Assembly (NCBI RefSeq): GCF_006345805.1
Contig: NC_043016.1
Span: forward strand, 23,064,001 to 23,128,000
Direction of reading: 5' to 3'
From: Octopus sinensis
Taxonomy: Eukaryota
Length of the DNA: 64,000 nucleotides
Of this stretch, positions 11,087 to 24,064 are shown one piece after another; within the stretch, counting starts at the first letter, position 1, and every line of letters begins with the position of its first letter. The notes under the pieces are model-generated. The model was not told where the DNA came from. It made no database searches and saw nothing but the letters and a program-made list of their open reading frames with translations. Both the position numbers and the translations under genes were made by a program.

Positions 11087-11838
11087 TATTTCTTTATTAC
11101 CCACAAGGGGCTAAATACAGAGGGGACAAACAAGGACAGACATAGGTATTAAGTCGATCACATCGACCCCAGTGCGTAACTGGTACTTAATTTATCGACC
11201 CCGAAAGGATGAAAGGCAAAGTCGACCTCGGCGGAATTTGAACTCAGAACATAACAGCAGACGAAATACCTATTTCTTTATTACCCACAAGGGGCTAAAC
11301 ACAGAGGGGACAAACAAGGACAGACATAGGTATTAAGTCGATCACATCGACCCCAGTGCGTAACTGGTACTTAATTTATCGACCCCGAAAGGATGAAAGG
11401 CAAAGTCGACCTCGGCGGAATTTGAACTCACAATGTAACGCAGACGAAATACCTATTTCTTTATTACCCACAAGGGGCTAAATACAGAGGGGACAAACAA
11501 GGACAGACATAGGTATTAAGTCGATCACATCGACCCCAGTGCGTAACTGGTACTTAATTTATCGACCCCGATAGGATGAAAGGCAAAGTCGACCTCGGCA
11601 GAATTTGAACTCACAACGTAACGCAGACGAAATACCTATTTCTTTATTACCCACAAGGGGCTAAACACAGAGGGGACAAACAAGGACAGACATAGGTATT
11701 AAGTCGATCACATCGACCCCAGTGTGTAACTGGTACTTAATTTATCGACCCCGAAAGGATGAAAGGCAAAGTCGACCTCGGCGGAATTTGAACTCACAAC
11801 GTAACGCAGACGAAATACCGCTAAGCATTTCGCCCGGC
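11087..11838 (-). repeat. Head-to-tail tetramer of SINE family B (units 184/183/183/183 bp plus partial head), inserted as one unit with an 18-bp TSD
   Basis: Units start at AAATACC 11080, 11264, 11447 and 11630 (next at 11813). They are near-identical with CpGs intact. GATCATGACCCAAATACC is duplicated at 11069-11086 and 11839-11856. Confidence 0.95.
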
Positions 11839-12647
11839 GATCATGACCCAAATACCACTAACCACTAAGTTATGTGCCTTCATACACACACACACACACT
11901 TTAATTTTATTACGCCATTTTTCTGTCGAGTTGAATTGTTTCACTTTCCTGTGAATAAAACTAAAGCTCACAGAATACCTGGACCAAATAATGAACATAA
12001 TGTGTGTATTCTGCAATATGAAAGGAATGTGATTAGTGGAAGTTTTAGTATTCTAAGTCTTTTACGACCTTACAATGGTCTTCATTCAGTCTGCATGTGG
12101 AATGAGGTTTTTAAAGTGTTTAACAGAAAGGTTTGGATATTTCTTAACAGTCATCTCAGAACAATTATATTTCATTTGCATTTGGAGTGCATAAATACTT
12201 TTTGTAAAGTAATGTTTGTTGCCATTTAACATGGTTATTCTGTACAGATAGACATTACTACTATTTCTTAACCCCAGGAAAACATCTTCTCCAGCTGATT
12301 AACAACACAACTTGTGTCCGATATATATACTGACATGACATTCAAATTGCATTCAACTCCTACATGTGTTTCACAAAAGGTCACAGGTGTTACAAGTATC
12401 CATAGCAACACCAAGTGCTTTATTTCTGAAATGCCTATTTTGTTGCTACTGAAAAATGTTTTGGATTTGATGTTCTTTGTTTTCAGGCAGTTGTACCAAT
12501 TTATGTCCATCTTTAATTTCTTTTAAATTTCAGTTTACTCACCTACTATCACCCCATCCCATTCCTTTTTTCTTACATGGTTAGCTATTCTAATAGAATA
12601 GAGTTGGAAATTATTCAGAACTCTGGATATTGTAATTTCTTTGGATG

Positions 12648-13534
12648 TACAGGGCATGTTGAATACATTGTCGTGTAAACTATGTAAAAATGAAAATAAC
12701 GCTAGCATCTCGTTTTAACAGATATATTTACCAAAATTACATTAAAATATCTTGAAATACTAAAGAGTAAATTCATTCAATAAAATTGCCATTGGCTTCA
12801 ACCATGGCCTCCAGATAACTTTGGAATCTCCTGCAACTCTTCTGGACGGTTTCTTTGTTTAAGTTAGTGAATGCTGCCATAATCCTTGCCTTCAGTTCAT
12901 CTTTGGTTTTACAAGGAGTTTTGTTGGTCTCTCGCTCAACTGTGCCCCACACATAATAATCAATGAGGCTGCAGTCTGAGGAGTTAGGTGGCCAGATCTT
13001 AGGGGTGATGTGGTTACAGAAATTGTCTGACAGCCATGACTGGATTTTCCTGCTTGTGTGACATGGTGCAGAGTCCTTTTGCCAGATAGAGGGTCTTCCA
13101 GCAGCCATTCTCTTGACCCAGGTAGCACTACGTCCTGCAGGTACTTGATGTAGGCTTCCGTGTTGGGTCTGAGGCTATGTGGGAAGATGAATGGAGGCAT
13201 AACATCACCATCACTAGTTATCACTCCAAACACCATGATGCTGATTGGATGTTTGATTTTTATCACTCTCAGTACATGTTTTGAGGACATGGCAAGTCAA
13301 TGGTTATTCTGTGTGTTCCTCATCTGTTCATATTGGAGCTTCTGGCACAAATGCCAAGCACTACAGCATGTCATTTCCAAATTTCTGGCAGAGTGAATTG
13401 CATCATGGTGCTGTTTTTCTCACAGACAGTGCCAACTGACCCTTATTGTGTAGTCGACAAAATCAAAAATAAACAAGGAACATGTGTGAAATTAAAAATA
13501 TAAAATGGTGACAATTTACCCATCACATCCTGTA
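12648..13534 (-). mobile_element. maT-type (DD37D) Tc1/mariner element, internally deleted
   Basis: WQKDSAPCHTSRKIQSWLSDNFCNHITPKIWPPNSSDCSLIDYYVWG has 37 residues between the second and third catalytic D. The upstream part IMVFGVITSDGDVMPPFIF is in another frame. Imperfect TIRs start TACAGG at 12648 and end CCTGTA at 13534. Confidence 0.85.
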
Positions 13535-14099
13535 TTTAACCACTGTAGATAACATTTCAGAAAAAAAAAAAATGTTGGGTTTTGTCCATCCAGTTTGTTC
13601 AATTTCTGACTTTTCACAAAGATCTTTACCATATATTATGTGTAGGATCTTTTACGTTTTCTCCCATCCACTCGTATTGGGAATCCTTTGGTATTGGTAG
13701 ACATCATTCAGCCACATAACCTTCCCTCATGACATTGTAAATAAGGCGAGGCTGAAAAAGAGGGTGAATGATGTCATCTCATACTGACATTCAGTATACC
13801 AATACTAAAGGGTTGCCCTTGTATTTTATCAAAATACACATATCAGCAAATGTTATGTGCTCATCTTTTGCCCATGTATATTGGCAAAGGATGTTAATAT
13901 TGACAAGATACAGAAAAAAGTGTTTTCGAAAGAAGTCAATATTTGTTCTGCATCAACTTGTGCTCCCTTATTCTCACCATCCAAAACATTGTGGACTGAT
14001 TGTAGCAGAAGCAATTTACACTGTCATTATGTGTGAGATGTTTTCATTTTGACTCATCTAGGCTTAAATACTGAGATATCAGCTCCAGAGCCCTTTTCG

Positions 14100-15200
14100 T
14101 TCCAGCAGGTCACATGACTCTGTGATTAAACGAACCTGTCTTTAGTAATGGCCGGTTTCCAGCTGTCTAGTCATGTTGGCACAACAGTTCATTTTTCTTT
14201 ACATGGGAAATTAATCACCATCTCCTGGGAGCCTACTGATCTCTATAAGAATGACAGTTTTTGACTACTCTAGGTCTTTGGCACATGCCACTGACCACAC
14301 TCAACTTGTCTCTGCTTTCAACTCCACCATACACCTACCTACATTGTTGCTGTATGAACATCACATGACCAACAGACCAACGGCTGCCTCTACTCACCAC
14401 CAAACAGAACATCAACTTTGTCTACAAGATCAACAGTCCAGTCTAGCCATGAAGTCTCTCACACATCTTTGTTGTAACCTGTTATATTATTTTATTTCAT
14501 GTATGGCAACCATTGTATTTTATAACAGAGAATAAATTGTCGTTTACCAGTTCATTTCATCTTGTGTTATATATCATTTCCACATTTTCCCAACTTCATT
14601 ATAATTGGTGACCCCGACATTCAACTTCAGGATTGCCTCTACATTATCAGCTTTATCACATGTGGAAAGTTAAGTTTTCCATTTTGTCAATGACTTGCAG
14701 AGCCTATAGCTAAAGACTTTCTTGCAGATGAGGTCCTTGTAGTTTTTCACATGATAAACTTGATGGCTATATCATTCTAACAACCTTTTTGGCAGTATTC
14801 TTCATGTTTCACGAGACGTTACTTCATTCTTACACAGCATCATCTATTTGCTGAAAGTAGCAGTAAAATGCATGGTTATGTTTCCAGTAAGTACGTAACA
14901 TTTCTTGATGCCGTCTTACTCCCAGTTCAGCATTTTACATCACTTCCCTGCTTCTCTCAGCTGGAGAATGGGGGAGCTCTGGCTTGTCTTCAATTCCACG
15001 GTCGGTACCTTTCAGTCACTCTTGCTTACCACTCTGACTTCATTTGCTGGTTACCTTGCATGACAGCATTTTTAAGCAATGACACTCAACGGTACCTCTC
15101 TTCAACTAGATGCCCTGTTGTAACCATTGCTGCCACTTCAACAACTTCGAACTGCATTCCATCGTTTGGAGCCCTTTTCAAGGATTCTTGCATCTTCTTA
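14100..15200 (+). mobile_element. Decayed Gypsy LTR-retrotransposon remnant (CsRn1-like): LTR, tRNA-Trp PBS, gag trace
   Basis: TGGTGACCCCGAC at 14606-14618 is complementary to the tRNA-Trp 3' end (GTCGGGGTCACCA). AATAAA lies about 75 nt upstream. The LTR start and gag reading are approximate. Confidence 0.55.
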
Positions 15201-15817
15201 TCATGACACTTGTAGTGTTATTCTTTGCCATTTACCACGTTATTCCCTAACATCTTAAAGTGGACTCTCTGTACACAATGAACTTTTTGCATGTTTGTAC
15301 TTTGAAAAGACTGGCTTTACATATTTTTCCCATGTTTTCACTTTTCAGGAACATTTTTTCACATTGTTCCTGTTTTTGATTGTTAAATGTTTTGTTCACA
15401 CATTTTTGTATATCAAATATTTTTTGCTCAATGTTCATACATACATACATGCTTTCAACCTCATGCTATCCACTCTGACACATCAATAATGAGTGTTGAA
15501 TGTTGAATTTGGTCCTGAAATGTTTAATTTTGCTTTGCTTTACTTCTGCTTTCAGCAGATTTTGGACAAGTATTTTTGCAATTGTTTTCAACTGTTTGTA
15601 CACATTTTTTTGTACCTTGGTGCATTCTCTCTTCTGGTACCGGTCATTTTTTGCATATTGCACTTTTGTCTGTGACAAACGTTCTGCTGACTGTAGCAGA
15701 AGTGATTTACACTGTCATTATGTGTGAGATGTTTTCGTTTTGACTCATTTCCACATTTACCATCTCTGTTATATAATGATATAGTTCAGCAATTAAGATT
15801 AAAATAAGAATAATAAA

Positions 15818-17063
15818 TACAAAGGATGTTTTGAAACTTATGCAAAAATAAACATAACTTTTATTAACTGACATAATGTTCAAATTGCACGTTTGTCAAG
15901 TAACTCTTCCTCTATTGTAAAATTTATTCCTGTTCCTCATCACAGGTGAATAATGGGTTCAAGCAAAAATGATGTACCATTATTGAGGTCTTGAAGGAAG
16001 CACACAGGCTGTCCAACATCTGTAGGAAGCTACAGGTTGTTTATAGAGATGACTTCACTGACAAACCTAATGTGTACAGATGGATGAAAAAATTTTAAGG
16101 GGAAACTAGCATTAAAGACGAACCAATCTGTAGGAGACTATGAACTGCAAGTGTGTGAATAAACTGATTCATGTGGAACAGATGAGTTACAGTTTTTGAT
16201 CTTGTTGCACATCTAGACTGTGGTCACTGTGCATTACTGAATATAATGGAAGACTTTCAGTATTGGAAAACTGTGCAAAATTGGTAGCTCAGTATTTAAC
16301 ACCAGATTTGAAGCAAACAACAGTGAGAGCCTGCCCTAACCTGCTGGAAGCATTTTGAAATCAGCGAAGACATTTTTTTCCTGTATGATGACATGGGATG
16401 AAATGTGTGCATATCTTTATGATTCAGACACAAAGGTTTAAACAATGGAATGAGATTACACCTCTTTGCATAGGCATAAAAAATTCAAGAGCCAGTGATA
16501 GGCACAGAAATTCATATTCAATGTAATGGGGGGAATCATTCTCTTTGATTTTTCTAGAAAGTGGCTGTACTGTGAACAGTGAGCAGTACATTGAGACATC
16601 CAAACAACTTACAGAAGTCATTAGGAGGAAGAGACTAATTGAGAATCAGAAAATGACCCGCGTTCATTATGACAATGCACCCCCACACACATACACACAC
16701 ACATATTCATCTTTGGCAACAAATCAGCAAATTAAGTTGGTCAGTGCTCCTCCTCATCCACTACAGATCTGGTACCCTTCAACTTTCACCCATTCAGTCC
16801 AATGAAGTCTTTGGGGACTACAATTTGCTGACACGATGGAGGTGAAAGTGGCCAAATTTTTTCTAAGAGGATTCAAAAGCTAGATTCAATAATGGAGTTA
16901 GTAGTGGAGGGAAATGCATTGCTTGAGAGGGAGAATGTATTGTATGTGTTGCATAGTACCTCTGTGTAGAGGAAGAGCTACTCTACCAACATGTACAATT
17001 TGAATAACACATGTCAGTTCACAAAAATGTTATGCTGATTTTTACTTTACTTTCAGAACATAT
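15818..17063 (+). mobile_element. Decayed mariner transposon
   Basis: Translated pieces ICRKLQVVYRDDFTDKPNVYRWMKKF, MTWDEMC, GESFSLIFLESGCTVNSEQY and VHYDNAPPHT. Diverged TIRs at about 15820-15860 and about 17020-17063. Confidence 0.75.
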
Positions 17064-17279
17064 ACAAATTCCTAACAATACCACCAAGATATGAAAATAT
17101 AGAAGTAGAGGAAGTGGGAAAGAGAAGAGAGAGGGGGGGGGGTAAAGTTAAGGTGTCATTGAATGCAGTTAGATATATCTGTAATTGACCTTAGTGAAGT
17201 AAAGGTAAAAGAAGAGAGATTGCAGATGACGACTTCCATGGTATGTTAAAGGTTGTATAATGAATGAATGAACTGCAAC

Positions 17280-17462
17280 AGTATTGTTGTTGTTGTTGTT
17301 GATAAAGAACATGGTCATGATCATCATCATGGTGTTGGTGGTGGTAACTATGTGCCAGCATAAAGAAATCAATAGTATTGCTCTTATTCTTGATGATAAT
17401 AATAATAATAATATTAATAATAATAACAATAACAATAATAATAATAATAATAATAATAATAA
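17280..17462. repeat. Compound trinucleotide microsatellite (TTG/ATC/GGT/AAT)
   Basis: Direct inspection; it is the source of the poly-I/L/N ORFs in the track. Confidence 0.95.
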
Positions 17463-17779
17463 ACATTGAAAGTCTTCCAAAAACTTTCTGTAAAAGAAAA
17501 AAAAGCACAAAACACAAAAAAAATGTGGCTTCTTTCCTTCATTCAGTAAGTTATAAATATGGCTATTAGCCCAAGGAACTTTCAGCATGTAACACATACA
17601 ATCTTCCCCACTCGCAGATAAAACAGCACAAGCTAGTTAGAGAAATAAGCTGCCACAATTACACTCGGCAAAACATCTAATGTTTTTAAATGATCAATGG
17701 TCGCATCAAATAATGAAGATGAGTTGGTTCTCCCATTGAGCAGTCCTAATTCAGTCTCTATTTTAAAATAAAGTAGAGA

Positions 17780-18430
17780 GTTTGGTAAGAGAGATTTAAG
17801 TGCTACACTGAGCAAGCCTTATTGTACTGTGTGCATCCTTTTTCAAAACTTGTTGCAAATCTGTTCAAAGATGTCAGGTAGTTTGTTAAAAAAGGTTTTA
17901 CTAATAGAATGAGTAAAGTTAAGTAAATACATACAAGCTCTATTTTCTGGTTAAATGTGGTCATTATTTTAAAGACAATATGTAGTTTGTTGATGGAATT
18001 TCGGCTACTGCTGTGGCTATGGTCAAATGACTACATAGAAGTTCCATCTCTGATTCAACATGATCACTATTTTAAAACCAAAAGGTAATTTGTTGAGATG
18101 AGATTTGGCTATCACTTTGAATAAAGTCAAACGATTAAATGGAAGCTCTGTCACTGGTTCCTGTGGTCTCAGTTTTAAAGATATTGGGTAGTTTGTAGAA
18201 GGAGATTTAGCTATTACATTGAATAAGATCAAGCTATTATGTAGAAGTTTCCTTACTGGATAAGGTTCCTATACAGATTATAGTATGGCTCTTGAGAGAG
18301 ACTTGGTTGTTACACTGAGCAGGTCAATACAACTATACAAGAAGCTCCCTTACTGTCTCATGTGACCCCTATTTTAAAGATAGCATCAGATTGTTGCATT
18401 GAGTACCTGAAGTGCTACATGTAAGCTTCC
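17780..18430. repeat. Diverged tandem repeat, period about 100 bp
   Basis: A motif like GAGATTTAGCTATTACATTGAATAAGATCAA recurs at about 17790, 17997, 18097, 18198, 18296 and 18380. Confidence 0.55.
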
Positions 18431-19169
18431 TTGCTGGTCCATGTGATCCCTTTTTACTCTTTTACTTGTTTCAGTCATTTGACTGTGGCCATGCTGGAGC
18501 ACTGCCTTTAGTCGAGCAAATCAATCCCAGGAATTATTCTTTGTAAGCTTAGTACTTATTCTATTGTAAATATACTCGCCAGCAGAAGGATAATTATTGA
18601 ATTTTTTAAAAGTAGCAGCATGTACAGAGCATTAAAGTCCTACGAAACTACCCAACAACAACAATAACTAATATGTTTATAATTGCTTGACCTTAGATTC
18701 GTCTGTGGCTGTTTCTTAGAATGACTTGGTCATAGAATAAAATGTAGTCAATGACCTTTATCATGCTACCTTTACCAGAAGCTTCAAGCTTCAACAAATA
18801 TGGGCTTATCCACATAAATGATTTTAATTACTTAAATATTACTATTAATATGTGAGACAAAATGCTCAGTGGCATTTCTTCTAGCTCTTCACATTCTCAG
18901 TTCAAGTCCTGCTGAGGTCAGCTTTGCTGCTGCTGCTATTATTATTATTATTGTTGTTGTTGTTGTTGTTATGCAGAGTGTTGGATGGTAGAAACAGTTG
19001 CATTTCTAACTAAATACCCACACAATGTTCAGCTTTGATTTTGCCTTTCATGTTATCCAGGGTTGATAGAGCATGAGTCAAACACTGGAATTGTATCAAT
19101 TGACTAAATCCCAACCTTATTAATTTGTCTCTGAGAGAACCAAACTTAGAAACCACTATTATAATTATT

Positions 19170-19584
19170 ATGAATCATCATTATCATCATCATTCCCATA
19201 ATCATCCTCACCGCTGCTGCCGCTGCCATCGCCACCACCACCACCACCACCATCACCACCACTACATAATTTTTTTTACTATTTATTGATTTCTCATTAA
19301 TTCTATATAGATGACTTTGTACACTAAAACTAAATAATTCCCCTCAGGTGTCACTTAAGATTGGCTTATTAACATCATCATCATCATCATCATCATTATT
19401 ATTATAACTGCTACTACTATCTTTGCTGCAACTGCCTACACCGGTGCCACCACCTCAATCATATACAGCAGCAATAATCTCATTAATTCACTCCACTTAG
19501 TGTAATACATATAAATATACACAAATGTATTATTACATCTTATGTATGTACATATGAATGTTTGTATGCCTGTATGCATTTGTC

Positions 19585-19628
<44 letters not shown>

Positions 19629-19657
19629 GTATGTATGTATATATGTATGTATGTATG

Positions 19658-19704
<47 letters not shown>

Positions 19705-19707
19705 ATA

Positions 19708-19751
<44 letters not shown>

Positions 19752-20270
19752 TATATGTATATATGTATGTATGTCTGATTTTCACGTTTTATTTACAATC
19801 TTATAATGATATAAGATAATATAATATAATAAAATAAAATAAAATAAAATAATAGAATGTTAAATGTTCATTCTGATTGAACTAGTACTTTCATGCATTA
19901 AATTCATATATATATATATGTGTATGCATGTATTGTGTGTGTGTATGTCTTTATATTGTACATGCATAAACACATGCACACACACACACACACATAAACA
20001 CATGCATACACACACACACACATCAATAAACATACACATGCATATGTATGTATATGTTTGCGATATATGCATATGCAGAATAAATGAATGCAATATATAA
20101 TCATTCGTATAGATAAATTTTTAAAAAGTGGCAGCTTATGGTGCTTCAGATTTATATTGGAAAGCAATTAGTATAACAATATGAAAGGAAAAGAAAGGAA
20201 AGAAAGAATGAAACAAACAAACAAACAAACAAACAAACAAACAAGCAAGCAAGCAAGCAAGCAAACAAAT
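19170..20270. repeat. Microsatellite field: (CAT)/(CAC)/(GCT), long (TA)n/(TATG)n, (AAAAT)n, (CA)n, (AAAC)n(AAGC)n
   Basis: Direct inspection. Confidence 0.95.
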
Positions 20271-21789
20271 TATTCATTAACCATGATTAGATGAGACAGA
20301 AGTGGAAGGAGGGTATTGAAGAGGAAGAAAGTCAAAGCCAACAGTTAAAGATTACTTCTTTACAGAGAGAATTTAATTATGGCAAATTCAGCTATCAAAC
20401 GTAGTGAACCAAATTTTTAAGTGAAAAATGACAGTGGATTATTATTAGCTACACAAATATCTAAGAGCATTCAATGTAAACTTCTCTTATCTTGTATAAA
20501 AATACATAAGATAAACAGAGAGAGAGAGAGAGACAGACAGACAGAGAGAATTAAGTAAGAGAAGAGCAAAATGTTTCAGAAAACATAATGTTAATTTATG
20601 AAACAATTTTAATTCAACTTCCATTAATAAATATGATAATTTGATCGATATTGTAGTATCCTCCTGAAACATGAAAAATGACAATGATGATGATGATGGT
20701 GGTGGTGATAAGGATGAAGAACCAGAACAGCAACAACAACAATAATGATAGTGTTTTCTGATTTAGGCACAAGGCCAGCATTTTGGCAGGAGGAAGTTAG
20801 TTGATTACATTTACCTCCACAACACAACAGATACTTTATTTTATTGGCTCCTGACAGGATAAAAGGCAAGGTTAGCCATGGCGGAATTTGAATCAGAATC
20901 ATAAAGTAGCTCAAACAAATCTTGCAAGACATTTTTGTTTTCTGATGCTCTAATAATTCTGCCAGCTCACTGCTTAAAAGCAATAATAATGGTTTTCTAA
21001 TTTAGGCACAAGGCCAACAATTTTTAGTACTTGACCAGTACATGGTATAGTCGTAAATGAACATCACTGATATACAAGCAGTGTCATTCCTTTCCAATTT
21101 TCTGCAAGAACATGTCTGGCCATGAGGAAATATTACCTTGCTTGAAAACAGTGGCAGGAAGGACATCTAGTCATAGAAAACCTGCCAGAACAAATTCTCT
21201 CTCTATCTGTCTGTCTGTCTGTCTGTCTGTATGTATGTATGTATGCATGCATGCATGCATGCATGTATGTATATACAAACACACTCGCATACACATTTGT
21301 ATATATGTGTATGTATAAATGTTGCAGATCTCTGCCTTAATGTTAAACATGACCTACCTTTGCAGGTAGGTATCTTTAAATGAACAAAAGGCTTTTCATG
21401 TTGAGTAGTGATATCAGCAAAAATTTCGTCAATCAAATTATAAAAAAAAACATATCCCAGATTTTTGAGTGATGATGTCACCACAGAACTGTCCAATGAG
21501 ATTTATTCTGGAGTTCAATAAAAGGGCCAACAAATTCTTGGTGTTGGCAGTCTCCATAATTATGACTGTCACCACTAATGCATCTCTTCAATTTCATTGA
21601 CATATTTCTAATTTCTTAAGGGTGGCGAGCTAGTAGAATCACTACCATGCCATGCAAAATGCCTGAGCTTGATTTTGCTTTACATATTTACAGGGTCAAT
21701 AAAATAAGTATCAGTTGAACTCTGGGGTTGATATAATCGACTTATCCCCACCTCCTGAAATTGTTGGCCTTGTGCCAAAATTTGAAAAC

Positions 21790-22830
21790 AATATTTCTAG
21801 TTTCTCCTTGAAAAAAAAAATCATCCTTCTGTTATGGTGATATCTTGGTACAAATCCATCCATAATAAAAATAAAGTGAAATTCATACAGTTTGATATTG
21901 TAGATTTTTATCCATCAATATCTGAACCACTCCTATGTAAAGCATTAGAACTTGCATGTTCATTTATAAACCATAGATGAATAAGAAATGCAGCTCATTA
22001 TGTACGCATGTAAGATATTGTTATTCAGTAAAAGATCTATTTGGACCAAAAAAGATAATTAAAGTGAACAATTCAATGCCCCACGGGTTCACATAAGAAC
22101 ATGGATATATGTGATTTAGTTGGTTTATATATATTATACCATCTTAATTCAAAGTTTCATAGCCATACCATTGGTATATACCGCAACAATGCTTATGCAG
22201 TATCACACAATTGTGATGGCCATGCTATAGATTCTTTTAGAAAGCAATTAATTTCTACCTTCAGACCTTTAGGACTTAAAATTGATACTACTCAAGCTAA
22301 AACAAACATTTTAGATGTTTCCTTAGGTCTTAAAACTAATTCATATAAGCCTTTCCACAAACCTAACGTGAACCTTAAATATATTAATAAACACCCCTGT
22401 CACCCACCTATTGTAATTAAAAACTTAATTTCAAATATTAGTCATAGAATCTCATGCCTTTCTTCTAAAGAAATATTTGGAAAGGCTGCCCCATACAAGA
22501 TAGCAGCTTTACTGATAAAATCTTCTACAACCCTGCACATCCTCTATCATCTTTCTCCCTTAATGTTAGGACAAATAAATTTAGGTAGGAGATTCTTGCA
22601 CTTAGTAGATATTCACTTCCCTAGAACCATAGATACAATAAGATCTTTAACAGACACATAATAAAAGTTACCTTTTCTTGTCCCCCTAATGTTAGTCTTA
22701 TATCAATAAGCAATGGATGATTCGAGCCTGCCTTGGATGCACATGTAGAGACAAATTTAAAAGTCCTCTAAGATAGGATTGCAATATATCTTCTGTTGAT
22801 TATGAAGCACAGGTTTCAGCAAACTATGAC
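21790..22830 (+). mobile_element. Penelope-like element (PLE) reverse-transcriptase fragment, decayed
   Basis: ORF 22101-22661: ICDLVGLYIL...IGIYRNN (YRDD-like)...ILDVSL...YKPFHKPN...YINKHPCHPPIVIKNL. VQFDIVDFYPSI lies upstream. Confidence 0.85.
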
Positions 22831-23060
22831 ACTGGTTGCTCAGATATCAAATACTATGACCTTGTTCTTTAAAGCCATGTGAAAATGTTTTTGCCCAGTA
22901 AGTTCAGTTACAGTTGAGTGAATGTGTCTAGTGACAATCCCAAACAATCAAGGCTGTCTGAATTTATCTGTCAAGTGTGGTAGTGGATATTTTTGTAGGT
23001 TTTCCCCACTACATCTATGTGTTAATATCATGTGACTATATTCTTTTGCGTTGCAAATTA

Positions 23061-23097
<37 letters not shown>

Positions 23098-23098
<1 letters not shown>

Positions 23099-23518
23099 GG
23101 CATAGGAGTGGCTGTGTGGTAAGTAGCTTGTGTTTACGAACCACATGGTTCCGAGTTCAGTACCACTGCGTGGCACCTTGGGCAAGTGTCTTCTACTATA
23201 GCCTTGGGGTGACCAAAGCCTTGTGAGTGGATTTGGTAGACGGAAACTGAAAGAAGCCCATCGTATATATATATATGTGTGTGTGTGAGTATATGTTTGT
23301 GTGTCTGTGTTTGTCCTCCCAACATCGCTTGACTACCGATGCTGGTGTGTTTACATCACCGTAACTTAGCAGTTCGGCCAAAGAGACCGATAGAATAAGT
23401 ACCAGGCTTACGAAGAATAAGTCCTGGGGTCGAGTTGCTCAACTAAAGGCGGTGTTTCATCATGGCCGCAGTCAAATGACTGAAACAAGTAAAAGAGTAA
23501 AAGAGAGAGTAAAGAGTA
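23098..23518 (+). mobile_element. SINE family A, full length
   Basis: Same head, core and tail as 8365-8778. Confidence 0.9.
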
Positions 23519-23610
23519 TACATGAATGGTGTTTAAAATTTACGTCTGCCTCAGTAGAATTTTATTTATTTAATGCAGTCATAAAAGATTACATCATAAT
23601 ATATAACCCA

Positions 23611-23751
23611 CCATCATCAAGTAAAATTTAAACAGGTAAGACTTTAAACATTGACCTGGACTAGTCCAGTAAATGCTGGCTAGGTCCAGGTCCATGTTTA
23701 AAATCTTACCAGCATGAATTCTTACGTGTTTAACATTTTACCAGATGATGG
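23611..23751. repeat. About 140-bp long imperfect hairpin (MITE-like)
   Basis: GGTAAGACTTTAAACATTGACCTGGAC pairs with GTCCAGGTCCATGTTTAAAATCTTACC (2 mismatches); outer arms CCATCATC...GATGATGG. Confidence 0.8.
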
Positions 23752-23774
23752 ATTATTTATCTTATATTCTTTTA

Positions 23775-23993
23775 TTTGTTTGTCATTTGACTGCGGCCAT
23801 GTTGGAGCAACACCTTTAGTCGAACAAATCAACCCCAAGACTTACTCTTTGTAAGCCTAGTATTTATCCTATTGGTCTCTTTCGCTGAACTGCTAAGTTA
23901 TGGGGATGTAAACACACCAACATTGGTTGTCAAGCAATGGTGGGGGGGGACAAACACAGACACACAAACATACACACACACATACACACACAC

Positions 23994-24064
<71 letters not shown>

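Noticed and set aside
11080-11820. CRISPR array or retrozyme with hammerhead in the 183-bp tandem units
   Set aside because: The context is eukaryotic and the units are whole SINE bodies with no unique spacers. Neither strand has CUGANGA plus GAAA in the unit.
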